Below, in pieces: positions 8,296 through 16,070 of a DNA stretch of 18,826 nucleotides (the stretch's first letter is position 1; each line of letters begins with the position of its first letter). Under the pieces are notes generated by a model. It saw only the letters and a program-made list of their open reading frames with translations. It was not told the DNA's origin and did no database searches. Origin of the DNA: Bdellovibrionota bacterium (GTDB lineage: Bacteria > Bdellovibrionota_C > UBA2361); contig JBILDU010000058.1 of the NCBI GenBank assembly GCA_044352465.1, forward strand, positions 1 through 18,826, given 5' to 3'. The position numbers and the translations under genes were made by a program.

Positions 8296-9225
8296 CTATG
8301 GAGTGCCGCGATTAACCCCCGTCAGAGCGAGTTCGATGGGGCATACTTCGCTGGCTGAGCTCGCAGGCTTCGAGAAGACAACCGTGCCATTTTGTATGAT
8401 GAAGGTGCCGCCTAATTGGGTCGGATCGCCGGAGACCTCGCCGAGTCCGTGTTTAAAAAGATCGCCTTTAACGATGCCGCGCCACAGCTCTTTGGGCCCG
8501 AAGAGTTGAAGCAGCGAGCCTTGCGTAGCCCCGAGGGAACGATAGAGCCGCCGTTCGGGGTCGCTTACAAAGAGCGCTTCGGGGAGTGGGTAGTCTTTTC
8601 GGAGTGTGTCGATCTCTTCTGGGGGGCTCATTGAGGCGACCGCGATGCGATATCCCTTCTCGAGGATCTGGGCTTGCTCGGCGACGAGAGTCGCAAGATG
8701 GGAGCGGCAGAAGGTACATCCCGCGTGTCGAACGAGTATCAGAAGAAGTGGTTTTTCTGATGAGAGCTCGCCGAGGGTTTGGGGGGAGCCGATCGGCTTA
8801 AGCGCCAGTGCTGTCTCGAGGGATATCTCGCTCGAGGGGGCGGCCCGGCCCAGGCGGTAGAGCGTTAGGAGCACGGCGCTCAGAGCGACTATCCAACCAA
8901 AGTCGACCAGTGCAAACACCACCCCTGAAAAGATTCCGAGTCCACCCGCTGAGATCTCACTGACAACGATACAGAGATCAAAAAGATTGTGTGCTAAAAG
9001 AACCGCGACAAGGCCCCACTGGCTCCGTGCCAGGAAAAGCGCCATCAAAGCGGTGAGCGAGAACGCCAGGAGAGTCGCGCCGAGAGCTGCCATAACGACC
9101 TCGGCGTTGACCGGATAGAGCCCACTGACCACGTACCACGAGCGCGGCCAGAAGATGGCACTTAACCCGAGAATGAGGTAGTAGATCGCAGCGAGAGCTA
9201 GTACGTTTCGAGTCCAGCGTGGCAT
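8296..9225 (-). CDS. Membrane-anchored peroxiredoxin-like (AhpC/TSA-2, PRXL2/SelL-related) redox protein
   Basis: About 4 hydrophobic helices in the first ~125 aa, then a thioredoxin-fold domain with LVRHAGCTFCR (CxxC), SDPERRLYRSLG and GDPTQLGGTFII. Confidence 0.85.
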   Translation of the reverse strand: MPRWTRNVLALAAIYYLILGLSAIFWPRSWYVVSGLYPVNAEVVMAALGATLLAFSLTALMALFLARSQWGLVAVLLAHNLFDLCIVVSEISAGGLGIFSGVVFALVDFGWIVALSAVLLTLYRLGRAAPSSEISLETALALKPIGSPQTLGELSSEKPLLLILVRHAGCTFCRSHLATLVAEQAQILEKGYRIAVASMSPPEEIDTLRKDYPLPEALFVSDPERRLYRSLGATQGSLLQLFGPKELWRGIVKGDLFKHGLGEVSGDPTQLGGTFIIQNGTVVFSKPASSASEVCPIELALTGVNRGTP

Positions 9226-9334
9226 GGGTATTTCCCAACAAACGGGCGCCCCAAAACGGACGGTAGTTCGGCAGCCCTAATTTTTCGGTCGTAATCCTTT
9301 CGGGATCGCCGACCGCATACTATAGTCTTCTACC

Positions 9335-10114
9335 ATGATATCACTCCAAGGACGAATAATTTGGATCGTTGGCGCGAGCACCGGTATCGGTGAGGGGCTT
9401 GCGCTCGAACTTGCTCGCAGGGGCGCCCGTGTAGCGGTGAGCTCCCGACGGGTCGAGCTTTTGACAACGCTCGTTGAGCGTATACGGGGGGCGGGGGGGC
9501 AAGCCGAGGCTTTTCCGCTCGATGTGATGAACCTTGCGGAGGTCAAATCGAGCCGGGCTCGGATCGAGGAGGCCCTTGGCCCGATCGATATAGTCATTTC
9601 GAATGCGGGGAATCATATCCCCAGTCGCCCTCTTAAGTTCGATGCGGCTGAGTATCGCTCGGTTATGGATCTTAATTATGGGGGGATGCTCCACGTTCTC
9701 GAGGCGACGTTACCGGCGATGATCGACCGGAAACGGGGACGCTTCGTTGGTGTGGCGAGTCTGACCGGTTACCGCGGGCTTCCGAGCGCGGAAGCTTACG
9801 GTGCAAGTAAGGCGGCGATGATAAATTTTCTGGAGGCGCTGCGGTTCCAGATGGTAGAAGTTGGGGTCGGTGTCACGATCGTGAATCCCGGATTCGTCAA
9901 AACGCCGCTCACCGATAAGAATAACTTCGCGATGCCGTTCCTTATCGATACGGCAAGAGCGGCCCGGATAATCTGTGATGGGCTCGAGCGAGAGAAGAAA
10001 GAGATCGCCTTCCCGTTTCCTTTCAATCTTTTCCTTAAGATCGGTCGGATCTCCCCGTACCCGATCTATGAATGGTGTGTGGGGCAGATATGGAAACGGA
10101 TGCCACGCGAATGA
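9335..10114 (+). CDS. Short-chain dehydrogenase/reductase (SDR)
   Basis: WIVGASTGIG Rossmann motif, NAG, catalytic YGASK, NPGFVKTPLTDKNNFAMPF. This SDR subtype is commonly linked to cfa/DUF1365 clusters. Confidence 0.95.
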   Translation: MISLQGRIIWIVGASTGIGEGLALELARRGARVAVSSRRVELLTTLVERIRGAGGQAEAFPLDVMNLAEVKSSRARIEEALGPIDIVISNAGNHIPSRPLKFDAAEYRSVMDLNYGGMLHVLEATLPAMIDRKRGRFVGVASLTGYRGLPSAEAYGASKAAMINFLEALRFQMVEVGVGVTIVNPGFVKTPLTDKNNFAMPFLIDTARAARIICDGLEREKKEIAFPFPFNLFLKIGRISPYPIYEWCVGQIWKRMPRE

Positions 10115-11367
10115 AGATCGCGGTTGTTGGTGGTGGAATTGCGGGCATCACGGCTGCCCACGTGTTGGGCAAATCTCATGATGTCACCCTGTTCGAAAGG
10201 AACAGTTATGTGGGGGGGCATACCAACACCCAGATTGTTCGTGACGAGCGGGGAATAGATGTCCCGGTCGATACCGGTTTCATCGTTTGTAACCCCAAAA
10301 ACTATCCGAATTTTTATCGATTGCTCGATGAACTTGGGGTAAAGCGCCAACCCTCGGATATGTCTTTCGGCTTTGTCTGTGAGCGTTCAGGGACCTGTTA
10401 TGTCGGGCCATCTATCAAGGAGTTCCTGCGTACGTGGTGGAATATCGCGAGCCCCCGATTTTTAAAGTTTGTCGTGGAGCAGTCCCGATTCAATCGAGAA
10501 CTTACCGCGATGCTCAAGCAGGGAGCGCTACCCGATATTTCGCTCGGGGAATATCTTCGCTCGATACATGCGTCGACGTTCCTGCGGGATAACTACCTTG
10601 CTCCCCTTATCGCGGCTATTTGGTCGGGGCCCGATGTGTCGGCCGAGTCTTTTCCACTCCGAACTTTTGCGCGCTTCTTCTCAAATCACGGGATGCTCGA
10701 ATTTGGAAAGCGCCCCAATTGGTATACGGTAAGCGGTGGAAGTCAGACCTACGTCCGCGCCTTTCTCGGGGCGTTTCAGGGAACCGTCCATACCAATGCG
10801 CCGGTGGAGCGGGTGCGCCGCGACGGGCAGGGATGTTTCGTCAAAGTAAAAGGGAGTGAAGAGTTACGGTTTGATAAGGTGGTGCTCGCGTCCCACGCCG
10901 ATGAATCGTTGGCACTTCTCGCCGACCCAACTCCCGAGGAGCTCCGGGGGCTCGGAGCGTGGCGCTACAATACGAATCATGTCGTACTTCACACCGATCG
11001 GCGGGTGATGCCTCCCTCGAAGAAGGTGTGGGCAGCGTGGAATTACTATCGTCCCCAAGACGGTGTGCTGACGACTCCTGTGGCGATTACCTATTACATG
11101 AATAAGCTTCAGCGCTTAGCGACCCCGACGGATTTCTTTGTCAGTCTTAATCAACGGGGGGCGATCGATCCCGCGAAGGTGCGCTTTGAGGTCGCGTATA
11201 CCCATCCGATCTACGACGGCGCAGCGATTGCGTCTCAATCGTTCATCAAGGGATGGAACGGCGCGAATCACACCCACTATTGCGGAGCCTACATGGGGTA
11301 TGGATTCCACGAAGACGGAGTTCTCGCGGCGCTCGACGCGGTGCGTCCGTTGGGGGCCCACCTGTGA
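10111..11367 (+). CDS. FAD-dependent oxidoreductase (amine oxidase family), UfaD-like putative fatty acyl desaturase
   Basis: MKIAVVGGGIAG FAD-binding motif; GGHTNT, VDTGFIV, WAAWNY, Y.HP, GAYMGYGFHEDG. ATG 10111 overlaps the SDR stop (ATGA). Confidence 0.9.
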   Translation: MKIAVVGGGIAGITAAHVLGKSHDVTLFERNSYVGGHTNTQIVRDERGIDVPVDTGFIVCNPKNYPNFYRLLDELGVKRQPSDMSFGFVCERSGTCYVGPSIKEFLRTWWNIASPRFLKFVVEQSRFNRELTAMLKQGALPDISLGEYLRSIHASTFLRDNYLAPLIAAIWSGPDVSAESFPLRTFARFFSNHGMLEFGKRPNWYTVSGGSQTYVRAFLGAFQGTVHTNAPVERVRRDGQGCFVKVKGSEELRFDKVVLASHADESLALLADPTPEELRGLGAWRYNTNHVVLHTDRRVMPPSKKVWAAWNYYRPQDGVLTTPVAITYYMNKLQRLATPTDFFVSLNQRGAIDPAKVRFEVAYTHPIYDGAAIASQSFIKGWNGANHTHYCGAYMGYGFHEDGVLAALDAVRPLGAHL

Positions 11368-12200
11368 GATCGCGGATCCTTATCGGCGAGACCGGGCACG
11401 CCCGGCTTGAGCCGGTGCGACACGATTTTCGGTACCCTTTATTTTATCTCGCGTTCGAGCTCCACGAGCTCTCCGCGTGTCAGCGGGGTAGGCTCCTGGC
11501 GGTGAATCGGAGAGGACTGTTTTCTTTACGGGAGAGCGATTACCTCGGCCCGCGGTCCGGTACGATCGTAGAAAAGCTCCGCGCTCTGCTGGAGGCGAAC
11601 GGATTTGAGTGGAGAGATGAGGAAGCGTTCCTTATCACCATGCCGCGGGTGCTCGGGTATATCTTTAATCCGGTGAGTTTTTACCTCGTTTTTAACCAGC
11701 AACGCGAACTCACGGCGATGGTGTGTGAAGTTAACAATACCTTCGGTGAGAAGCATCTCTATACCCATATTCCCGCAACTCCGGTGGCGTTGCCTTATGC
11801 CTTTGAACTCACGAAGGAGTTCTACGTGTCACCCTTTTTCGATACGAACGGAACGTACGAAATTACGGTGCGTTCGTTCGATGAACGGCTCGACATCGGA
11901 ATCGTGCTGAAGAGAGATACCCCGGTTTTTTGGGCGGGGCTCTCCGGTGAATGGCGGCCCTTTACAACAGCGGGGTTATGGAGCGTGGTCGTTCAGTTCC
12001 CCTTTACCGCATTTTTAACGATGAATCGGATTCACCTCCATGCGGTGAAGTTAAGACTTAAGTCCCTCATTCCGTGGATGAAACCGGCTCCGTTGAGTCC
12101 CCGAACGGTCCGTAGCGAGCAACGTTTGATTCACCGCGTGAGACTTGGAATAATCCGATTTTGGCGGTGGCGTTCGAGTCGAACCGCGAGAGCCAAATAA
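11364..12200 (+). CDS. DUF1365 family protein, UfaO-like
   Basis: H.R..P..H.F.Y, MPRVLGYIFNPVSFY, EVNNTFGEKH.Y and K.FYVSPFF motifs. The GTG start at 11364 overlaps the upstream TGA (GTGA). Confidence 0.9.
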   Translation: MRSRILIGETGHARLEPVRHDFRYPLFYLAFELHELSACQRGRLLAVNRRGLFSLRESDYLGPRSGTIVEKLRALLEANGFEWRDEEAFLITMPRVLGYIFNPVSFYLVFNQQRELTAMVCEVNNTFGEKHLYTHIPATPVALPYAFELTKEFYVSPFFDTNGTYEITVRSFDERLDIGIVLKRDTPVFWAGLSGEWRPFTTAGLWSVVVQFPFTAFLTMNRIHLHAVKLRLKSLIPWMKPAPLSPRTVRSEQRLIHRVRLGIIRFWRWRSSRTARAK

Positions 12201-12218
12201 TTAAGGGAGATTGTGCCG

Positions 12219-13310
12219 ATGGAAGCGATAGTCCAAAAAGTGGTTGGTGGAACCACCCCAAAAGACAACAGTCCGGTGCTCTCCCAACTTCCGCCAGGAG
12301 TGGTGCGGCGCTTAAATCGCGACGGGATCTTCGGACTGGGGGAGGACTACATCGCGGGAAAATGGCAGGTCTCCGATCTGCCCGAGTTTCTCGCCAAATT
12401 GGTGAACCTCCCTGAGATTAAACGCCATAAATTCAGCGCACGCACCGCCTGGTATGTCCTGCGCGCCCTCTGCACCAATCCGCAAAGTGGACGGGGAGTC
12501 TTTGAAGTCGGCGAACGTCACTACGATCTCGGCAATACTCTCTTTAAGGCGATGCTTGACTCGTCGATGAGTTATACCAGCGGGATGTGGCGCGATGCGG
12601 CAACCCTTGATGAAGCCCAGACGCAGAAGCTCCGCTCTATTTGTGAGAAGCTCGATCTCAAGCCCGGGATGACGGTCCTCGATATCGGGTGTGGTTGGGG
12701 AAACTTCGCTCGATTTGCGGCGACCGAATACGGCGTCAAAGTTATCGGACTCACGATCTCCCGGGAGCAGCAGGAGCTTGGGATGGAGCGGTGTCGCGGG
12801 CTTCCGGTTGAGATTCGACTGCAGGATTATCGTGAGTTCAATGAGCAGGTCGACCGCGTGGTATCGATCGAGATGATCGAAGCGGTGGGGCACAAAAATC
12901 TCCGCGCTTTTTTTGAAGCGGCATATCGGGCCCTCGTTCCGGGAGGGCGTTTCGTACTGCAGGTTATCTCAGGGAATTCTTTTACCCTGCGCTCGCCGGC
13001 GTATCTCGACCAATACCTTTTGTGGCTCGTACGCCATATCTTTCCGAACGGCTATCTCCCGCGGCTTGATCACCTCACCGGTCGAGAAGTTGAGCCCTTC
13101 CTCCTTGAGAGTATGGAGGGATTTGGCGAGAGTTACGACCGCACGCTCCAGGCCTGGAAGGAGAATTTTGACCGGTCTTGGCCCGAACTCAAAGCTCACT
13201 ACGGGGAAGACTTTCGGCGGATGTGGCACTTCTATCTGTGTGGCTGCATGGCGTGTTTTAGGACACGGCTCGTGAGCGTCTATCAGATCGTGTACCGCCG
13301 GGTTTCATAG
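12219..13310 (+). CDS. cfa: Cyclopropane-fatty-acyl-phospholipid synthase family SAM-dependent lipid methyltransferase
   Basis: HYDLGN, AQTQKL, VLDIGCGWG (SAM binding), QDYR, IFPNG.LP, FRRMW.FYL. SD AGGGAG lies upstream of ATG 12219 (GTG 12213 is an alternative). Confidence 0.92.
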   Translation: MEAIVQKVVGGTTPKDNSPVLSQLPPGVVRRLNRDGIFGLGEDYIAGKWQVSDLPEFLAKLVNLPEIKRHKFSARTAWYVLRALCTNPQSGRGVFEVGERHYDLGNTLFKAMLDSSMSYTSGMWRDAATLDEAQTQKLRSICEKLDLKPGMTVLDIGCGWGNFARFAATEYGVKVIGLTISREQQELGMERCRGLPVEIRLQDYREFNEQVDRVVSIEMIEAVGHKNLRAFFEAAYRALVPGGRFVLQVISGNSFTLRSPAYLDQYLLWLVRHIFPNGYLPRLDHLTGREVEPFLLESMEGFGESYDRTLQAWKENFDRSWPELKAHYGEDFRRMWHFYLCGCMACFRTRLVSVYQIVYRRVS

Positions 13311-13480
13311 CGGTTTCTTGAGCTGTCTGACCCATTGAGTTCGCGATACCTTTCATAGCGTGGCAGAGTTGTGCGGTGATGTTTTCCCCCGAGCCTGTGT
13401 CATCAGGGGTTTAGCAGCGCTGGTCCGAGAATTGCGTAGGTCTATTACTGATCGATTCGGGAGGATTTTGGGGCGACCAG

Positions 13481-13502
13481 GTTACCGAAATGTAACCAAA
13501 AC
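13481..13502 (+). promoter_or_regulatory. Candidate OmpR/PhoB-type direct repeat (also a GGTTAC-N6-GTAACC palindrome)
   Basis: GTTACCGAAAT/GTAACCAAAAC, two units at 11-bp spacing in the intergenic region. Confidence 0.35.
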
Positions 13503-13614
13503 CGGTCGGGTCTTGGGCCCTCCCGCGAAGGCAAAAGATTAAGAGCTTATGAAAGGGTCCGACGGAGAGGACCTCTTCACAGCGCTCTCGCGGTGGGGGA
13601 AGGGAGATGACAGG

Positions 13615-14022
13615 GTGGAACAGCGGTGGTGGCTAACGTTCGTTTTCGCGGCTTTCGCCGAGATCCCGTATTGCAGCGCTTGGGCTGAGAGTTTCGATGA
13701 GGATACCTGCGATCGGCGCTCGAGCGAGATCTATCCGATTCGGGCTGTCACGGGCACGCCGAGTCCGGGCGCTCGGGTGAGAGTTGAAATTCTTTTTGAG
13801 AGAAAGGATCCTTCCCGGGCGCGTCGATCGCTCGTGTTGTTAACAAGCGATGCGACTGTCTGTCGCTCGCCTCATCCGCTGTTGAAGCCTGAGGAGCGGG
13901 GTTGGCTGGAGCTCGGGGTCAGCCCCAAGCTGCAAGATTTGAAGCATGTAAAGCAGCTCGTGGGTTTTAATGGATTTAGCGTCACGGTGCTGCCTGCTCC
14001 GGAGAATCGCGGGGAACACTGA
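13615..14022 (+). CDS. Hypothetical, probably secreted protein
   Basis: Fills the gap between cfa and the deacetylase. GGAG SD lies 8 nt before GTG 13615. N-terminus EQRWWLTFVFAAFAEIPYCSAWA|E is signal-peptide-like. The ORF could also start at ATG 13549. No family recognised. Confidence 0.5.
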   Translation: MEQRWWLTFVFAAFAEIPYCSAWAESFDEDTCDRRSSEIYPIRAVTGTPSPGARVRVEILFERKDPSRARRSLVLLTSDATVCRSPHPLLKPEERGWLELGVSPKLQDLKHVKQLVGFNGFSVTVLPAPENRGEH

Positions 14023-14157
14023 GGCCCTTATTCCGACACCGAGGACTGCTGGCCGTTTCGAGTGGCTCGAAGGGGGCGCGCGGCCCCCGACAAGCATGCG
14101 CCGGGCCGTGAAAAAGAACGCAGCGATAAGCGGCCCAAGAGGCCCGGAGATGCAACG

Positions 14158-15075
14158 TTACCGCAGCGCCGTCAGATGAGCCGCTACGCCTGCTCTGATA
14201 TTCTCAAGGCGATATCCCCCTTCAAGAAGCGAAAGGATCGGTACCCCCATTTCCTTGAGTCTTTGAGTTACTCGAAAGATATCTGCGGGGGTTACTCCGA
14301 AGCCGCCAACGGGATCTCCCTCCATACAATCAAATCCCGCAGAGCAGATCACGACGTCGGGTCGAAAACCCCGCAGTGCTGGCAAGATGCCCTGCTCAAA
14401 CCCGTCGACCCACGTTGCTCCTGAAGTCCCCGCGGGGAGCCCGACACGAACTGCGTTCGGTGCAGGGGTGCGTAATTCGGCTGGGTAGGGATACGAATTT
14501 TCGGGGTGTCCCTCGAGAAAGAGCTCGGCAAAGAGGGTATTCGGCTTCCCCGCGAGCGCTTGCTCGGTACCGTTTCCGTTATGAATATCGATATCGAGTA
14601 CCGCAACTTTCAGGCCAGCGAGCTCGGCCACACGGGCGGCGAGTGCCGCATTTGAGAGGAGACAATATCCCCTCGCACGGTCGTGTTCCGCGTGATGCCC
14701 AGGAGCGCGTGCAGCGAGGAATGCGTAACGAGCTTCGCCTCGAATGAGTGCTTCAACTCCGCGTATCGCGCCTCCAGCGGCGCTTACCGCGGCGTTCCAC
14801 GAGCCGGGATACACGACTACTTCGTCTTGGAAAGAACTGCCGGTGGGTCCGGACTCGTGTACCGCTGCGCGAATTGCGTCGAGGTAGGCGCGCGAATGCA
14901 CGAGCTCGAGTTGGGCGGGTGGTGCGGCAGGCGCGGTGAGCTCGTGAAAAGAATGATCGCGCGCTTCGCCGACACCGTCGAGCGCGGCGAGCAATCTTCC
15001 GTGGTGCTCAAATCCTAAGGGTTGCGCACCGTGCTGCTCTGAATCTTTTCGATTGTCGAGAATGATAAATGTCAT
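14158..15075 (-). CDS. Zn-dependent deacetylase, histone deacetylase / acetylpolyamine amidohydrolase superfamily
   Basis: LELVHSRAY, PGHHA (His dyad), GYCLLSN, DIDIHNGNGT, SAGFD..GDP and LEGGY. The metal ligands and catalytic Tyr are all present. Confidence 0.94.
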   Translation of the reverse strand: MTFIILDNRKDSEQHGAQPLGFEHHGRLLAALDGVGEARDHSFHELTAPAAPPAQLELVHSRAYLDAIRAAVHESGPTGSSFQDEVVVYPGSWNAAVSAAGGAIRGVEALIRGEARYAFLAARAPGHHAEHDRARGYCLLSNAALAARVAELAGLKVAVLDIDIHNGNGTEQALAGKPNTLFAELFLEGHPENSYPYPAELRTPAPNAVRVGLPAGTSGATWVDGFEQGILPALRGFRPDVVICSAGFDCMEGDPVGGFGVTPADIFRVTQRLKEMGVPILSLLEGGYRLENIRAGVAAHLTALR

Positions 15076-15372
15076 GTGAAAAATATAACAAATGTTTACT
15101 CGCTACTGAAGCAACCCCGGTTTAATCGGCTTTAAAAGCCAATAAAATAGGGCCTGAAACTCTCGATGCGTTAATGGCGATTTTATCGATTTTTGAGGTA
15201 GGGCAGGGCTATATCGCATTTCATTTTGTTTCGAGCGGATTCGCTCGGTTAGCACGTAAGTGAAAAACATCTGCACTTTTAGCCTGTATTAGGTCTGTAC
15301 CGCCGGGCTACACTACGTTGCAGAATTCAAAAGCGACCCTGCAGTAGCGGTGCGTTGCAAAGAAAGGGACAT

Positions 15373-16002
15373 ATGATTCGCGGCATGAAGCTTCAATTGA
15401 GGGCGCTTGAAAAAGCAGACCTTCCGTTCCTCCACAGTTTGCACAACAACAGCAAGACCATGGGGTACTTCTTCGAAGAGCCGTTCGAGACGATCCGGGA
15501 GCTCGAGGACCTCTACGAGAAGCATATTCACAACCAGACGGAACGTCGCTTTGTTCTCCAGGTCGTGAACACCGGTGAGACGGTTGGTGTTTTGAGTCTT
15601 ATCGAGATCGATGAGATCAATCGGAAGTGCGAGATAGACATCATCGTGGATGAGCGCTTCCAGGGAAAAGGGTACGGCCGCCACGGTTTTGTGCTGGGTA
15701 TCAAATACGCCTTTGACGTGCTGAACCTTAAGAAAGTGTATCTCTTGCTCCTCCCGACGAACGACGCGGGGATGCGGATTTATAAATACGCCGGTTTCAA
15801 GAAAGAGTGTCGGTTAAAGAAGGAGTACTTCGTGAACGGTAGTTATTGGGATGTGCACCGGATGTGCATGTTCGATCATCACTGGCGGCGCGAGCGGGAA
15901 CGTCTCCGTCGCGATGTCGGCTTCGATCGGGATATGTCGGAGTTTTTACCCGAAGATACGTATTCTCACGAAGAGCCCTCCCCTATGGCGGCGAACGGGT
16001 AG
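15373..16002 (+). CDS. speG: Spermidine N1-acetyltransferase (GNAT)
   Basis: LRALE..DL.F.H.L.NN...M.Y.FEEP.E...EL..LY.KHIH.Q.ERRFV closely follows E. coli SpeG. Also QGKGYG acetyl-CoA motif, LNL.K.YL, EYFVNG.Y....RMC. SD AAGGG before ATG 15373. Confidence 0.9.
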   Translation: MIRGMKLQLRALEKADLPFLHSLHNNSKTMGYFFEEPFETIRELEDLYEKHIHNQTERRFVLQVVNTGETVGVLSLIEIDEINRKCEIDIIVDERFQGKGYGRHGFVLGIKYAFDVLNLKKVYLLLLPTNDAGMRIYKYAGFKKECRLKKEYFVNGSYWDVHRMCMFDHHWRRERERLRRDVGFDRDMSEFLPEDTYSHEEPSPMAANG

Positions 16003-16025
16003 GGTCGCGTTTCTCAGCGGATTGG

Positions 16026-16063
16026 GCTGTTCCGGCGCCCCCGAGGGGGCGCTGCGGAACAGC
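16026..16063. terminator. Strong GC-rich hairpin between convergent speG and ridA
   Basis: GCTGTTCCG/CGGAACAGC plus GCGCCCC/GGGGCGC stems with a 2-nt bulge. No U-tract on either side. Confidence 0.55.
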
Positions 16064-16070
16064 ATCGCAG

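Noticed and set aside
8690..8730. Selenocysteine recoding in the SelL-like redoxin
   Set aside because: Both motif positions are ordinary Cys codons (TGT, TGC) and the ORF has no internal TGA.
10072..10110. Upstream start of the FAD oxidoreductase
   Set aside because: It lies inside the SDR gene. ATG 10111 begins directly with the MKIAVVGGG dinucleotide-binding motif.
11253..11363. N-terminal extension of the DUF1365 ORF
   Set aside because: It overlaps the conserved C-terminus of the FAD oxidoreductase. GTG 11364 gives a normal GTGA coupling and the family-typical N-terminus.
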